A DNA stretch of 64,000 nucleotides from the NCBI GenBank assembly GCA_950097015.1, contig CATNEN010000002.1, positions 1,612,001-1,676,000 of the forward strand, given 5' to 3'. Below are positions 39,985 to 50,980 of the stretch, one piece after another (position 1 is the first letter of the stretch; the number at the start of each line of letters is the position of its first letter). The notes beneath the pieces were generated by a model. The model worked only from the letters and a program-made list of their open reading frames with translations. It did not search any database and was not told where the DNA came from. Position numbers and translations under genes: made by a program. The stretch is from Macrostomum hystrix. Lineage: Eukaryota; Animalia; Platyhelminthes.

Positions 39985-41030
39985 GAGCGGATTAGGGGCG
40001 GATCAGTAGAGCGGATTAGGGGCGGATCAGTAGAGCTGATGAGGGGCGGATCAGTAAAGCGGATTAGGGGCGGATCAGTAGAGCAGATAAGGGGCGGATC
40101 AGTAGGATTAGGGGTGGATCAGTAGAGCGGATTAGGGGCGGATCAGTAAAGCGGATTAGGGGCGGATCAGTAGAGCGGATTTGGGGCGGATCAGTAAAGC
40201 GGATTAGGGGCGGATCAGTAGAGCGGATTAGGGGCGGATCAGTAGAGCGGATTTGGGGCGGATCAGTAAAGCGGATTAGGGGCGGATCAGTAGAGCGGAT
40301 TAGGGGCGGATCAATAAAGCGGATTAGGGGCGGATCAGTAGAGCGGATTAGGGGTGGATCAGTAGAGCGGATTAGGGGCGGATCAGTAGGATTAGGGGTG
40401 GATCAGTAGAGCGGATTAGGGGCGGATCAGTAGGATTAGGGGTGGATCAGTAGAGCGGATTAGGGCGGATCAGTAAAGCGGATTAGGGGCGGATCAGTAG
40501 AGCGGATTAGGGGCGGATCAGTAGAGCGGATAAGGGGCGGATCAGTAGGATTAGGGGTGGATCAGTAGAGCGGATTAGGGGCGGATCAGTAAAGCGGATT
40601 AGGGGCGGATCAGTAGAGCGGACTAGGGGCGGATCAGTAAAGCGGATTAGGGGCGGATCAGTAGAGCGGATTAGGGGTGGATCAGTAAAGCGGATTAGGG
40701 GCGGATCAGTAGAGCGGATTAGGGGCGGATCAGTAAAGCGGATTAGGGGCGGATCAGTAGAGCAGATTAGGGGTGGATCAGTAGAGCGGATTAGGGCGGA
40801 TCAGTAGAGCAGATTAGGGGTGGATCAGTAGAGCGGATTAGGGCGGATCAGTAAAGCGGATTAGGGGCGGATCAGTAGAGCAGATTAGGGGTGGATCAGT
40901 AGAGCGGATTAGGGCGGATCAGTAGAGCAGATTAGGGGTGGATCAGTAGAGCGGATTAGGGCGGATCAGTAAAGCGGATTAGGGGCGGATCAGTAGAGAG
41001 GATTAGGGGCGGATCAGTAGAGCGGATTCG
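39985..41030. repeat. Minisatellite, 25-bp unit ggggcggatcagtagagcggattag
   Basis: About 42 copies, each with TTAGGG and usually GGGGCGG. Confidence 0.97.
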
Positions 41031-41399
41031 CTAAAAGTTTCAGTGCGATTCAGTTGTTTAATAGTTTCAAACGAATTTTGCTTTCTGGAGAGACTTGGAG
41101 TTTTCTGTTGGCGCTAAGGTTAACGTATTTCTTAGAAAGAAAAGTTTCTTTCCACTTTTTTCAGGAAAATTTGTTTTTGCTGATACACCTGCTTGTTGTG
41201 AAATTAGGTGTATCGATTGGACTGGCCCTCGAAAAATAAACTGTCTACCTAAGCATTTGTCAATTCGTGCGCACTTAAAAATTTTTTTTTCCAAAATGTA
41301 CTTAATTAGAACATTAGTTGCTTTGAAAAATGTCCTCTAACCTTAAAAGTCATTTATAAATGTGACTTTGAATTTGAGCTTACTTTTAACAATCCTTAA

Positions 41400-44300
41400 T
41401 CAATGTAGAGTCACTGTCAAGATTGTGAAGGGGACTCGCTGAAAGATCATTGTCAAGATGGTGATGGAGACTCACTCAAGGATCATTGTCAAGATGGTGA
41501 AGGAGACTCACTGAAGGATCATTGTCAAGATGAAGGAGACTCGCTGAAGGATCATTGTCAAGATGAAGGAGACTCGCTGAAGGATCATTGTCAAGATGAA
41601 GGAGACTCGCTGAAGGATCATTGTCAAGATTAAGGAGACTCACTGAAGGATCATTGTCAAGATGAAGGAGACTCGCTGAAGGATCATTGTCAAGATGAAG
41701 GAGACTCGCTGAAGGATCATTGTCAAGATTAAGGAGACTCACTGAAGGACCATTGTCAAGATGAAGGAGACTCGCTGAAGGATCATTGTCAAGATGAAGG
41801 AGACTCGCTGAAGGATCATTGTCAAGATGGTGAAGGAGACTCGCTGAAGGATCATTGTCAAGATGAAGGAGACTCGCTGAAGGATCATTGTCAAGATGGT
41901 GAAGGAGACTCGCTGAAGGATCATTGTCAAGATGGTGAAGGAGACTCGCTGAAGGATCATTGTCAAGATGAAGGAGACTCGCTGAAGGATCATTGTCAAG
42001 ATGGTGAAGGATCGACTCGCTGAAGGATCATTGTCAAGATGAAGGAGACTCGCTGAAGGATCATTGTCAAGATGGTGATGGAGACTCACTGAAGGATCAT
42101 TGTCAAGATGGTGAAGGAGACTCACTGAAGGATCATTGTCAAGATGAAGGAGGCTCGCTGAAGGACCATTGTCAAGATGGTGAAGGAGACTCGCTGAAGG
42201 ATCATTGTCAAGATGAAGGAGACTCGCTGAAGGATCATTGTCAAGATGAAGGAGACTCGCTGAAGGATCATTGTCAAGATGGTGATGGAGACTCACTGAA
42301 GGATCATTGTCAAGATGAAGGAGACTCGCTGAAGGATCATTGTCAAGATGAAGGAGACTCGCTGAAGGATCATTGTCAAGATGAAGGAGACTCGCTGAAG
42401 GATCATTGTCAAGATGAAGGAGACTCGCTGAAGGATCATTGTCAAGATGGTGAAGGAGACTCACTGAAGGATCATTGTCAAGATGAAGGAGGCTCGCTGA
42501 AGGACCATTGTCAAGATGAAGGAGACTCGCTGAAGGATCATTGTCAAGATGAAGGAGACTCGCTGAAGGATCATTGTCAAGATGGTGAAGGAGACTCACT
42601 GAAGGATCATTGTCAAGATGAAGGAGACTCGCTGAAGGATCATTGTCAAGATGAAGGAGACTCGCTGAAGGATCATTGTCAAGATGAAGGAGACTCGCTG
42701 AAGGATCATTGTCAAGATGGTGAAGGAGACTCGCTGAAGGATCATTGTCAAGATGAAGGAGACTCGCTGAAGGATCATTGTCAAGATGGTGAAGGAGACT
42801 CACTGAAGGATCATTGTCAAGATGAAGGAGACTCGCTGAAGGATCATTGTCAAGATGAAGGAGACTCGCTGAAGGATCATTGTCAAGATGGTGAAGGAGA
42901 CTCACTGAAGGATCATTGTCAAGATGAAGGAGACTCGCTGAAGGATCATTGTCAAGATGAAGGAGACTCGCTGAAGGATCATTGTCAAGATGAAGGAGAC
43001 TCGCTGAAGGATCATTGTCAAGATGAAGGAGACTCGCTGAAGGATCATTGTCAAGATTAAGGAGACTCACTGAAGGACCATTGTCAAGATGAAGGAGACT
43101 CACTGAAGGATCATTGTCAAGATGAAGGAGACTCGCTGAAGGATCATTGTCAAGATGGTGAAGGAGACTCGCTGAAGGATCATTGTCAAGATGAAGGAGA
43201 CTCGCTGAAGGATCATTGTCAAGATGGTGAAGGAGACTCGCTGAAGGATCATTGTCAAGATGAAGGAGACTCGCTGAAGGATCATTGTCAAAATGAAGGA
43301 GACTCGCTGAAGGATCATTGTCAAGATGAAGGAGACTCGCTGAAGGATCATTGTCAAGATGGTGAAGGAGACTCACTGAAGGATCATTGTCAAGATGAAG
43401 GAGACTCGCTGAAGGATCATTGTCAAGATGAAGGAGACTCGCTGAAGGATCATTGTCAAGATGAAGGAGACTCGCTGAAGGATCATTGTCAAGATGAAGG
43501 AGACTCGCTGAAGGATCATTGTCAAGATGGTGAAGGAGACTCGCTGAAGGATCATTGTCAAGATGAAGGAGACTCGCTGAAGGATCATTGTCAAGATGGT
43601 GAAGGAGACTCGCTGAAGGATCATTGTCAAGATGGTGAAGGAGACTCGCTGAAGGATCATTGTCAAGATGAAGGAGACTCGCTGAAGGATCATTGTCAAG
43701 ATGGTGAAGGATCGACTCGCTGAAGGATCATTGTCAAGATGAAGGAGACTCGCTGAAGGATCATTGTCAAGATGGTGATGGAGACTCACTGAAGGATCAT
43801 TGTCAAGATGGTGAAGGAGACTCACTGAAGGATCATTGTCAAGATGAAGGAGGCTCGCTGAAGGACCATTGTCAAGATGGTGAAGGAGACTCGCTGAAGG
43901 ATCATTGTCAAGATGAAGGAGACTCGCTGAAGGATCATTGTCAAGATGAAGGAGACTCGCTGAAGGATCATTGTCAAGATGGTGATGGAGACTCACTGAA
44001 GGATCATTGTCAAGATGAAGGAGACTCGCTGAAGGATCATTGTCAAGATGAAGGAGACTCGCTGAAGGATCATTGTCAAGATGAAGGAGACTCGCTGAAG
44101 GATCATTGTCAAGATGAAGGAGACTCGCTGAAGGATCATTGTCAAGATGGTGAAGGAGACTCACTGAAGGATCATTGTCAAGATGAAGGAGGCTCGCTGA
44201 AGGACCATTGTCAAGATGAAGGAGACTCGCTGAAGGATCATTGTCAAGATGAAGGAGACTCGCTGAAGGATCATTGTCAAGATGGTGAAGGAGACTCACT

Positions 44301-45520
44301 GAAGGATCATTGTCAAGATGAAGGAGACTCGCTGAAGGATCATTGTCAAGATGAAGGAGACTCGCTGAAGGATCATTGTCAAGATGAAGGAGACTCGCTG
44401 AAGGATCATTGTCAAGATGGTGAAGGAGACTCGCTGAAGGATCATTGTCAAGATGAAGGAGACTCGCTGAAGGATCATTGTCAAGATGGTGAAGGAGACT
44501 CACTGAAGGATCATTGTCAAGATGAAGGAGACTCGCTGAAGGATCATTGTCAAGATGAAGGAGACTCGCTGAAGGATCATTGTCAAGATGGTGAAGGAGA
44601 CTCACTGAAGGATCATTGTCAAGATGAAGGAGACTCGCTGAAGGATCATTGTCAAGATGAAGGAGACTCGCTGAAGGATCATTGTCAAGATGAAGGAGAC
44701 TCGCTGAAGGATCATTGTCAAGATGGTGAAGGATCGACTCGCTGAAGGATCATTGTCAAGATGAAGGAGTCTCGCTGAAGGATCATTGTCAAGATGGTGA
44801 AGGAGACTCACTGAAGGATCATTGTCAAGATGAAGGAGTCTCGCTGAAGGATCATTGTCAAGATGGTGAAGGATCGACTCGCTGAAGGATCATTGTCAAG
44901 ATGAAGGAGACTCGCTGAAGGATCATTATCAAGATGAAGGAGACTCGCTGAAGGATCATTGTCAAGATGAAGGAGACTCGCTGAAGGATCATTGTCAAGA
45001 TGGTGATGGAGACTCACTGAAGGATCATTGTCAAGATGGTGAAGGAGACTCGCTGAAGGATCATTGTCAAGATGAAGGAGACTCGCTGAAGGATCATTGT
45101 CAAGATGAAGGAGACTCGCTGAAGGATCATTGTCAAGATGAAGGAGACTCGCTGAAGGATCATTGTCAAGATGAAGGAGACTCGCTGAAGGATCATTGTC
45201 AAGATGGTGAAGGAGACTCACTGAAGGATCATTGTCAAGATGAAGGAGACTCGCTGAAGGATCATTGTCAAAATGAAGGAGACTCGCTGAAGGATCATTA
45301 TCAAGATGGTGATGGAGACTCGCTGAAGGATCATTGTCAAGATGAAGGAGACTCGCTGAAGGATCATTGTCAAGATGGTGAAGGAGACTCGCTGAAGGAT
45401 CATTGTCAAGATGAAGGAGACTCGCTGAAGGATCATTGTCAAGATGGTGAAGGATCGACTCGCTGAAGGATCATTGTCAAGATGAAGGAGACTCGCTGAA
45501 GGATCATTGTCAAGATGGTG
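41400..45520. repeat. 4.1-kb minisatellite, 33/36/37-bp unit gaaggatcattgtcaagat(ggt)gaaggagactcgct
   Basis: Over 110 copies; diagnostic variants recur at a 1700-bp offset. Confidence 0.98.
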
Positions 45521-45532
45521 TCCTGACTATCA

Positions 45533-45984
45533 GCATTTCAAATGTAACCGTGTACAATGGCTGATGGACTCACACGGCATACTTCGCCTCTGTGAAGCAG
45601 CAACAGGAGCCGTTGAGGCTACAGCGGCACCTCCGATGATGCCGCAGCGTCGTCCCAGACGATTCTGCCCGACCGTCGTGTCCTCCGCAGTCACCGCTGA
45701 CATGAATAAAGTCTGTCCGTTCCAGTGCGTACAGTCACAGTTAAAGCGTTGTCATCGTACTAGATTCAGTAATAGTAGCAACAACAGAAAAGTTTTATTA
45801 TATTTTATAGTCTTCACAGACATTCATGGCCAACAACACTTCATTGAGGGGCTGGCAGTTGAGTACGGCAGCAGGGGGCCGCCAACCCCTGCATTTGTTG
45901 CATTCATCTTTCGCAGCGAACACGGAGCACAGAGCCAAATGGACAGGGCCAATAATGGCACAACCAATCAGATGAGCTTGAGAG
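45533..45984. other. GC-rich exon-like island of uncertain strand
   Basis: Plus strand: strong acceptor at 45810 and donor at 45985 around an open frame. Minus strand: gtgagt donor at 45573 that could belong to an upstream Kv3 5' exon. No homology recognised. Confidence 0.3.
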
Positions 45985-46559
45985 GTTAGTAAATGAGGGT
46001 TGATATGACTAGTCTAGCCCGCACAATGGGTGCTGCTCTCATAAGTCTTCTAATTGAAGCCGAATATTTATTTATTTTAGCAGATCTTATTTTGTAATTG
46101 AAGAACTTTGACGATTGCTCTCCTGTCATCCATCACGCGCCTCACACCTTCATGGGCAGTAAAACTGTAGCTATAGTTCGCGAATGTAACAAACCAGAGT
46201 TCTCAAAGATTATAAAGCGGTTTAAAACAGAATTATTAAGCTTAAGGCACGAGTCCAGTTACACTAACAGAATTTCCAGTTCGCGTTGCGGTGGGTGTAT
46301 TTCACCCCTCTCCCTTCTCTCCCTCTCTAGGTTTAGGTTTTGGCTTTGTTAGACTATTGCCTACAAGCACAGCTAGCATACTCTAATTAAACAAGGCAGC
46401 TGACCTGATAACCTAATAGACTGCTAAAATGTTGCTTTTAAGACTTTTCTGTCTCTGTGGTAACTATGTTTTGCCAGATTTTATTTCTAGCTCAGTCAAG
46501 GTTAAATCTAAACCGTTTTGCTTGTTAAAATACGATATTTAACTGTAAGACAATACAGC

Positions 46560-47430
46560 TGTTGTCTTACAGCTGTCTCTCTACCTGTTAGACAATCTCT
46601 ACCTGTTAGACAGTCTCTCTACCTGTTAGACAGTCTCTCTACCTGTTAGACAGTCTATACCTGTTACTTGTTAGACTGTCTCTCTACTTGTTAGACAGTC
46701 TCTCTACCTGTTAAACAGTCTCTCTACCTGTTAGACAGTCTCTACCTGTTACTTGTTAGACAGTCTCTCTACCTGTTAGACAGTCTATACCTGTTACTTG
46801 TTAGACTGTCTCTCTACTTGTTAGACAGTCTCTCTACCTGTTAGACAGTCTATACCTGTTACTTGTTAGACTGTCTCTCTACTTGTTAGACAGTCTCTCT
46901 ACCTGTTAAACAGTCTCTCTACCTGTTAGACAGTCTCTCTACCTGTTAGACAGTCTATACCTGTTACTTGTTAGACTGTCTCTCTACTTGTTAGACAGTC
47001 TCTCTACCTGTTAAACAGTCTCTCTACCTGTTAGACAGTCTCTACCTGTTACTTGTTAGACAGTCTCTCTACCTGTTAGACAGTCTATACCTGTTACTTG
47101 TTAGACTGTCTCTCTACTTGTTAGACAGTCTCTCTACCTGTTAGACAGTCTATACCTGTTACTTGTTAGACTGTCTCTCTACTTGTTAGACAGTCTCTCT
47201 ACCTGTTAAACAGTCTCTCTACCTGTTAGACAGTCTCTCTACCTGTTAGACAGTCTATACCTGTTACTTGTTAGACTGTCTCTCTACTTGTTAGACAGTC
47301 TCTCTACCTGTTAAACAGTCTCTCTACCTGTTAGACAGTCTCTACCTGTTACTTGTTAGACAGTCTCTACCTGTTAGACAGTCTCTCTACATGTTAGACA
47401 GTCTCTACCTGTTACTTGTTAGACAGTCTC
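46560..47430. repeat. Minisatellite, ~20-bp unit gttagacagtctctctacct with a 300-bp higher-order period
   Basis: 46621-46920 is repeated exactly at 46921-47220 and partly again from 47221. Confidence 0.97.
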
Positions 47431-47984
47431 TGTACCGCGAATTTAAGAAATCAAAGCTGGGCACGAAATGAAAACTAATTAAGGCTCACTGCCGGATGTT
47501 GTGAGCTCTTCATACAAGAGCGGTCAGTAATTAATAAAGAGTGATATATACGCATTTATCAAGGACAGATAGAGTGAAACCGTGTTATATATTTTTGTCT
47601 ACTACCTTTTAATCGATAAAACAAATTATTATTCTTAGTATTAGTCACAATGCACAAGCCTGTAATTAAGGTCTAACGCATAATACGATTAATACAATCT
47701 GATCGAAATCCCAATGTACGAGTAAAAAAAATTGAAACGACAAAATTTCATTTCGACAAGATCGAATAAAACACACTTGGTGCAAAGGGATGGACAGAAG
47801 CTTAGCACAGAGTCGAAGAACACAAAACCAAGAAAAGATAAATATGGGAAACTCTGGGGCATCTTCTAAGAAAAAAAACAGAAAACACACACTTACACAA
47901 AATGAAGTATGCACTGACGTAAGTTTTAGACAACAGTAGATAAGCTAATGCTGTGCTTCTGGTTGGAAACTGATTGGATTGAGA

Positions 47985-48720
47985 CAGCTAGAGAGACGGG
48001 TGAAGAGAGGAGAGAGACAGGTGGAGAGAGGAAAGAGACAGGTGGAGAGAGGAGAGAGACAGGTGGAGAGAGGAAAGAGACAGGTGGAGAGAGGAAAGAG
48101 ACAGGTGGAGAGAGGAAAGAGACAGGTGGAGAGAGGAGAGAGACAGGTAGAGAGAGGAAAGAGACAGGTGGAGAGAGGAGAGAGACAGGTAGAGAGAGGA
48201 AAGAGACAGGTGGAGAGAGGAAAGAGACAGATGGAGAGAGGAAAGAGACAGATGGAGAGAGGAAAGAGACAGGTGGAGAGAGGAGAGAGACAGGTGGAGA
48301 GAGGAGAGAGACAGGTGGAGAGAGGAGAGAGACAGGTAGAGAGAGGAAAGAGACAGGTGGAGAGAGGAAAGAGACAGGTTGGGAGAGGAAAGAGACAAGT
48401 GGAGAGAGGAAAGAGACAAGTGGGGAGAGGAAAGAGACAGGTGGGGAGAGGAAAGAGACAGGTGGAGAGAGGAAAGAGACAGGTGGGGAGAGGAAAGAGA
48501 CAGGTGGAGAGAGGAAAGAGACAGGTGGAGAGAGGAAAGAGACAGGTGGAGAGAGGAGAGAGACAGGTGGAGAGAGAGGAGAGAGACAGGTGGAGAGAGG
48601 AGAGAGACAGGTGGAGAGAGGAAAGAGACAGGCGGAGAGAGGAAAGAGACAGGTGGAGAGAGAGGAGAGAGACAGGCGGAGAGAGGAAAGAGACAGGTGG
48701 ACAGGGGAAGAGACAGTTAA
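47985..48720. repeat. Minisatellite, 21-bp purine-rich unit gagaggaaagagacaggtgga
   Basis: About 35 copies. Confidence 0.97.
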
Positions 48721-49879
48721 ATAGGGGAAGAGATAGAAGATAAAAGATAGGTAAGCGAAGAATCAAGCAGGAAACAGACAGAACAGATTAGACAATGAAG
48801 CAACAAAGAGACACAGAGCACATTGTACGCACGCAAATGTATAAGCTAAATAAATGAGTATGTACAGCTAGCTGAACACCTGCTTGATATAAGTAAATCA
48901 TTTATTAGTTTGACAAGCAGCTGGGGTTGCTAAACGAGTTTTCGTTCTTTTTTAAAAAGCATGCTACTTAGTTGTAAAGCAATAAACAACTATGCGAGTA
49001 AAAAACTTTAAAATTAAAACAAAAACCAAGAACCTAAAAGTGGGGCCAAAATCTGTTTTCGATATATGAATCGAAAAAAATGTAATTACTAAAACTTAAT
49101 AAATATATGATTAATGATAATAATAACAGTAGTTAGAAACAATGAAATCAGGAATGAGGAAATTGAAGCATGATTAAGTCTAGTTGCTATGCTCGACATG
49201 ACAAAGGTAGGATATTTAGGGATTATTTACAGCGAACAAACTAACCGCGTACAGTTTTAACTATTTTCAGCTGCCTTTTAACAAATTGTGCGATTAATCG
49301 CAAACACAAAACACATCCTGTGTCCTCATTCTGTAGATATAAATATTTGAATCGACTGGGATAAGACAGAGTCAAGAGGGGCGTGCAGTTAGATATGCGT
49401 AGCGCGGGCATTTTAGTTACTAAGTGCCATTACTTACAGTACAGTACACAATGAAGCAACAATAAATGAAGCATTATATTGCTTACAGAAAAAAACTGAA
49501 ACAATGAGAACACAGAAGAAAGTTTAGCTGCGATTCGGCTAACAAAAGAAGAAGAAAAACAAATTGAAACTTCAATGCTGACTGACAGCAAATTTGTAAA
49601 ACAGACACGACACACAATCTTACATCCTGTCTATTGAGTTCATTGTTTTATTACTCTGCCAAAGGTCCGGGTGTATTTCGCAGAGTTGGAGAAAAAGAAA
49701 TCAGGGCGACGGCGAATATCTAGAATCTGTGCAGGCCTCTCAACTTATGCTGCGCTCAATCAGGTTAGTGACCGATTGTGTCTGTGCGAATAAGACAATT
49801 TGAACGCTGAAAAACAAAAAGATTTTTTACTTTGATAAATTAATAATGAAACTCAAGAAACTAGGGAAGCATAAGAGAT

Positions 49880-50830
49880 AAGGTGGAATCGAACGAGACA
49901 ATATGAAATCGAATGAGACAAGGTGGAATCGAACGAGACAAGATGGAATCGAACGAGACAAGGTGGAATCGAACGAGACAAGATGGAATCGAAAGAGACA
50001 AGATGGAATCGAATGAGACAAGGTAGAATCGAACAAGACTAGATGGAATCGAACGAGACAAGATGGAATCGAATGAGACAAGATGGAATCGAATGAGACA
50101 AGATGGAATCGAACGAGACAAGGTGGAATCGAACGAGACAAGAGGAAATCTATCAAGACAAGATGGAATCGAATGAGACAAGGTGGAATCGAACGAGACA
50201 AGGTGGAATCGAACGAGACAAGAGGAAATCTAACAAGACAAGATGGAATCGAACGAGACAAGATGGAATCGAACGAGACAATATGAAATCGAATGAGACA
50301 AGATGGAATCGAACGAGACAAGATGGAATCGAAAGAGACAAGATGGAATCGAATGAGACAAGGTAGAATCGAACAAGACTAGATGGAATCGAACGAGACA
50401 AGATGGAATCGAATGAGACAAGATGGAATCGAATGAGACAAGGTGGAATCGAACGAGACAAGGTGGAATCGAACGAGACAAGAGGAAATCTATCAAGACA
50501 AGATGGAATCGAACGAGACAAGATGGAATAGAACGAGACAAGATGGAATCGAATGAGACAAGGTGGAATCGAATGAGACAAGATGGAATCGAATGAGACA
50601 AGATGGAATCGAATGAGAAAAGATGGAATCGAATGAGACAAGATGGAATCGAATGAGACAAGGTGGAATCGAATGAGACAAGGTGGAATCGAATGAGACA
50701 AGGTGGAATCGAATGAGACTTGATGGAATCGAATGAGACAAGGTAGAATCGAACAAGACTAGATGGAATCGAATGAGACTAGATGGAATCGAACGAGAGA
50801 AGATGGAATCGAACGAGAGAAGATAGAATC
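49880..50830. repeat. Minisatellite, 20-bp unit atggaatcgaatgagacaag
   Basis: About 47 copies. Confidence 0.97.
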
Positions 50831-50980
50831 GAAGAAAACGAGAAGAAATCGAAGGCGACGTTAAGGAATCGTAGAAGAAGAATCGGAATCGAAGGAGGCA
50901 TGATGGAATCTAAAAGTCTAAAACTAAAAAGGAAGAGAGAAGTGAGATAAGAAATAATTTGAGCACTAACCTAAACTAAA

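Noticed and set aside
39985-41030. Interstitial telomere or fusion scar
   Set aside because: TTAGGG occurs once per 25-bp unit, not as tandem hexamers.
41476-45442. Very long ORFs (up to 545 aa) of HLDNDPSASLL repeats
   Set aside because: They arise because the 33/36-bp units are multiples of 3 and stop-free. The frame breaks at 37-bp variants, and there are no splice or start signals.
47945-50756. Charged or Ser/Leu-repeat ORFs (ERKETGG, SRSIPSCL)
   Set aside because: Products of 21-bp and 20-bp minisatellites.
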